Assembly (NCBI GenBank): GCA_004022145.1
Contig: RCNU01000011.1
Source of the DNA: Paecilomyces variotii
Taxonomy: Eukaryota
Reading direction: 5' to 3' (one strand)
Length of the DNA: 64,000 nucleotides
Below are positions 62,232 to 64,000 of this stretch, one piece after another. The position numbers and the translations under genes were made by a program. Each line of letters opens with the position of its first letter. Position 1 is the stretch's first letter. A model generated the notes under the pieces. That model had not been told where the DNA came from. It searched no databases and was given only the letters and a program-made list of their open reading frames with translations.

Positions 62232-63072
62232 TGGCCCTGAGCTGATCGGTCTTGGCCGAACTGGACGCGTGATGCGGTACGGAAATATTGCAGTGAAAAC
62301 TGCCAATATTTGGACGGCGCCCGAGGACGCGTCCGAGAGAACAAGAATTGGCTGGGAGCACATGATTGAGCTGAACATGGAGTCCCTGAAACATGAGGGA
62401 CTTGTATATTGCCATCTTGGGCATGTCCAAGGCGTAATAAAGCCCTGCAAGGTCTCCGACACTGAGATTCAGATGCCATATCTACGCCAAGGGTCACTCA
62501 GCGGCTATCTGCGTGCTCATAGTGATAGCGTGGACAGCATTCAACGATCACGATGGCTCCAGGAAGCTGCCCACACCATCCGTCGGGTACACGAGCGGCG
62601 GGTATTGGTTGCTGACATTGCGACACGAAATTTCCTGCTCGACGAGAATCTTTCTCTCCAAATGTGCGATTTCACCGAGTCTGTCATTGTTTCGAACGAC
62701 GAGGAAATGGCCAATTTCGTATCTGAAGACTTCGTTTCAGTCAAGTTCGACATTGCGCGCTTCGGCTCGATGATGTACGAGGTCACCTCCGGAAGCCGAT
62801 ACGAATTCTACGTAGTACCCGAAATCGATACCGATCTAGATGACGATCCAGAGTCCAAGACATTCAAGGCGTGGCCGACTGCTGAGAAACTTCCAAATAC
62901 GGATAATGTGTTCTTGGGGGGTATAATCAGGAGATGCTGGGTTAGGGACGGATTTCTCACGATGCAGGAAGTTTGTCACGCCTTGGATAATGCTGATCAA
63001 AAGCCAGCAGCCTTAAAGGCGTATGAGACGCCGAAAAGGCAAAGTCGAAGCAGGCGAAAGCATTCAATATGA
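62218..63072 (+). CDS. Intronless fungal protein kinase-like protein
   Basis: LIGLGRTGRV Gly-loop, IAVK, LKHE, GSLSGYL, VHERRVLVADIATRNFLLD, MCDFT and DIARFGSMMYEV (subdomain IX-like). Confidence 0.85.
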   Translation: MNNNDGPELIGLGRTGRVMRYGNIAVKTANIWTAPEDASERTRIGWEHMIELNMESLKHEGLVYCHLGHVQGVIKPCKVSDTEIQMPYLRQGSLSGYLRAHSDSVDSIQRSRWLQEAAHTIRRVHERRVLVADIATRNFLLDENLSLQMCDFTESVIVSNDEEMANFVSEDFVSVKFDIARFGSMMYEVTSGSRYEFYVVPEIDTDLDDDPESKTFKAWPTAEKLPNTDNVFLGGIIRRCWVRDGFLTMQEVCHALDNADQKPAALKAYETPKRQSRSRRKHSI

Positions 63073-63765
63073 TCGATGACGTCAGGCCCCCTTAACTACT
63101 GAGGGTACAAGCGCACTAATAGTGCAGTTGCAATAAGCAAGCGTAAGGGTAACTATTGTTGTATGTCCCGTCTCGTCCAGGAGTCCTGCGATAGAGTAAT
63201 ATAACACCACATAGGCTGTGAGCTAAATGAGCCTACCTGTCTTGTCCTCATCAGTATGTTTTCGGAAGCACCACTACGAGGCTTCCCTGTCGATGCATAA
63301 AAGTCTCACTATTCGGGTGATCACAGCCTTGTTCTTGTACCTTATCTACATCAAGTGCAATAAAATTCACTGACATATCCATAACAGTCACATCTCCTTT
63401 TTCGAGGGTCAATATATGGCTACCTATGGTCCTTAGTAGCTATCTGGATATTTGAGCGGTCACTACGGCTGATACGTCTTGCTTGCTACAGTATCCACGT
63501 CAGATTCTTACGGAACCCTATCGTTGCTACAAGTTCTGCAACTTACTGGAAAGACACGGATATTATCAAAGTCGAGCTCATCCCAGAGCGTGAGCTACCT
63601 AATCCAGGCCCCAGCCAGGGTATCATTACTTTCTGTATCATCCTCCGCGCTGGCGAGGATGTGAGAATCATCCATTGATACTAGGTACCTGGGCACCGGT
63701 CATTTACTCAAGCGTCTCTGAAAAGATGCGAAGTTTCATATATCTCTTGATCACTCTAGTCAAGT

Positions 63766-63884
63766 ACATACGACCATAGGGTGTGGAAAACAGGGCTTCC
63801 CGTCCGCTCAGCCGTACTTAAGCCACACGCCGGCAGGTTAGTAGTTGGGTGGGTGACCACCAGCGAATCCCTGCTGTTGTATGT
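63766..63884 (+). rRNA. Dispersed 5S rRNA gene
   Basis: 119 nt ACATACGACCATAGGGTGTGGAAAACAGGGCTTCCCGTCCGCTCAGCC...GCGAATCCCTGCTGTTGTATGT with complementary ends, T-run terminator and TATA-like element ~25 nt upstream. Confidence 0.97.
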
Positions 63885-64000
63885 TTTTGTCTTTTTTTTG
63901 GCCTGATATTTGAAGACGTTTATTGCTACGAATCGGGAATCGGTCCTAATAATATAGCTCAAATGGCAAACAGGAAGTAAACCTTGCTAGTCATGGTCCT

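Noticed and set aside
63230-63270. CTGATGAG on the minus strand as a possible hammerhead ribozyme core
   Set aside because: No stem II followed by GAAA in the required order; likewise for CTGATGA at ~27995 on the plus strand.
1-64000. CRISPR array or prokaryotic operon-like system
   Set aside because: No regularly interspaced repeats; intron-containing eukaryotic gene structure throughout.

Overview
Eukaryotic DNA from a filamentous ascomycete, most likely Eurotiales (short GT-AG introns with CTRAC branch sites, Aspergillus-like proteins, a dispersed 5S rRNA gene). Two blocks of conserved genes are present. The first (1-14.7 kb) holds RAD1/XPF, LAS17/WASP, an MRS2-family transporter, a dihydropyrimidinase and an MFS transporter. 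The second (28.7-44 kb) holds ALE1, VPS45, an SDR, a TDP1-like gene and the ABC transporter atrF. Between them is a ~12.5 kb accessory/decayed island, bounded on the left by tRNA-Gly(GCC) and on the right by an unannotated, structured, RNA polymerase III-type unit (A box, B box, TATA, terminal hairpin, T6) that does not fold as a tRNA. That unit is the best novelty candidate. The island contains a deleted Ty3/gypsy element, a Tc1-like transposase fragment, several pseudogenes and one intact secreted beta-propeller gene. The right part has a zinc alcohol dehydrogenase pseudogene, an AT-rich RIP-like relic, a WOPR (Ryp1/Wor1-type) transcription factor with ~9.5 kb of microsatellite-rich upstream DNA, two kinase-like sequences and a 5S rRNA gene. 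All family assignments come from motif recognition by eye; no searches or folding programs were run, and exon boundaries are approximate unless stated.
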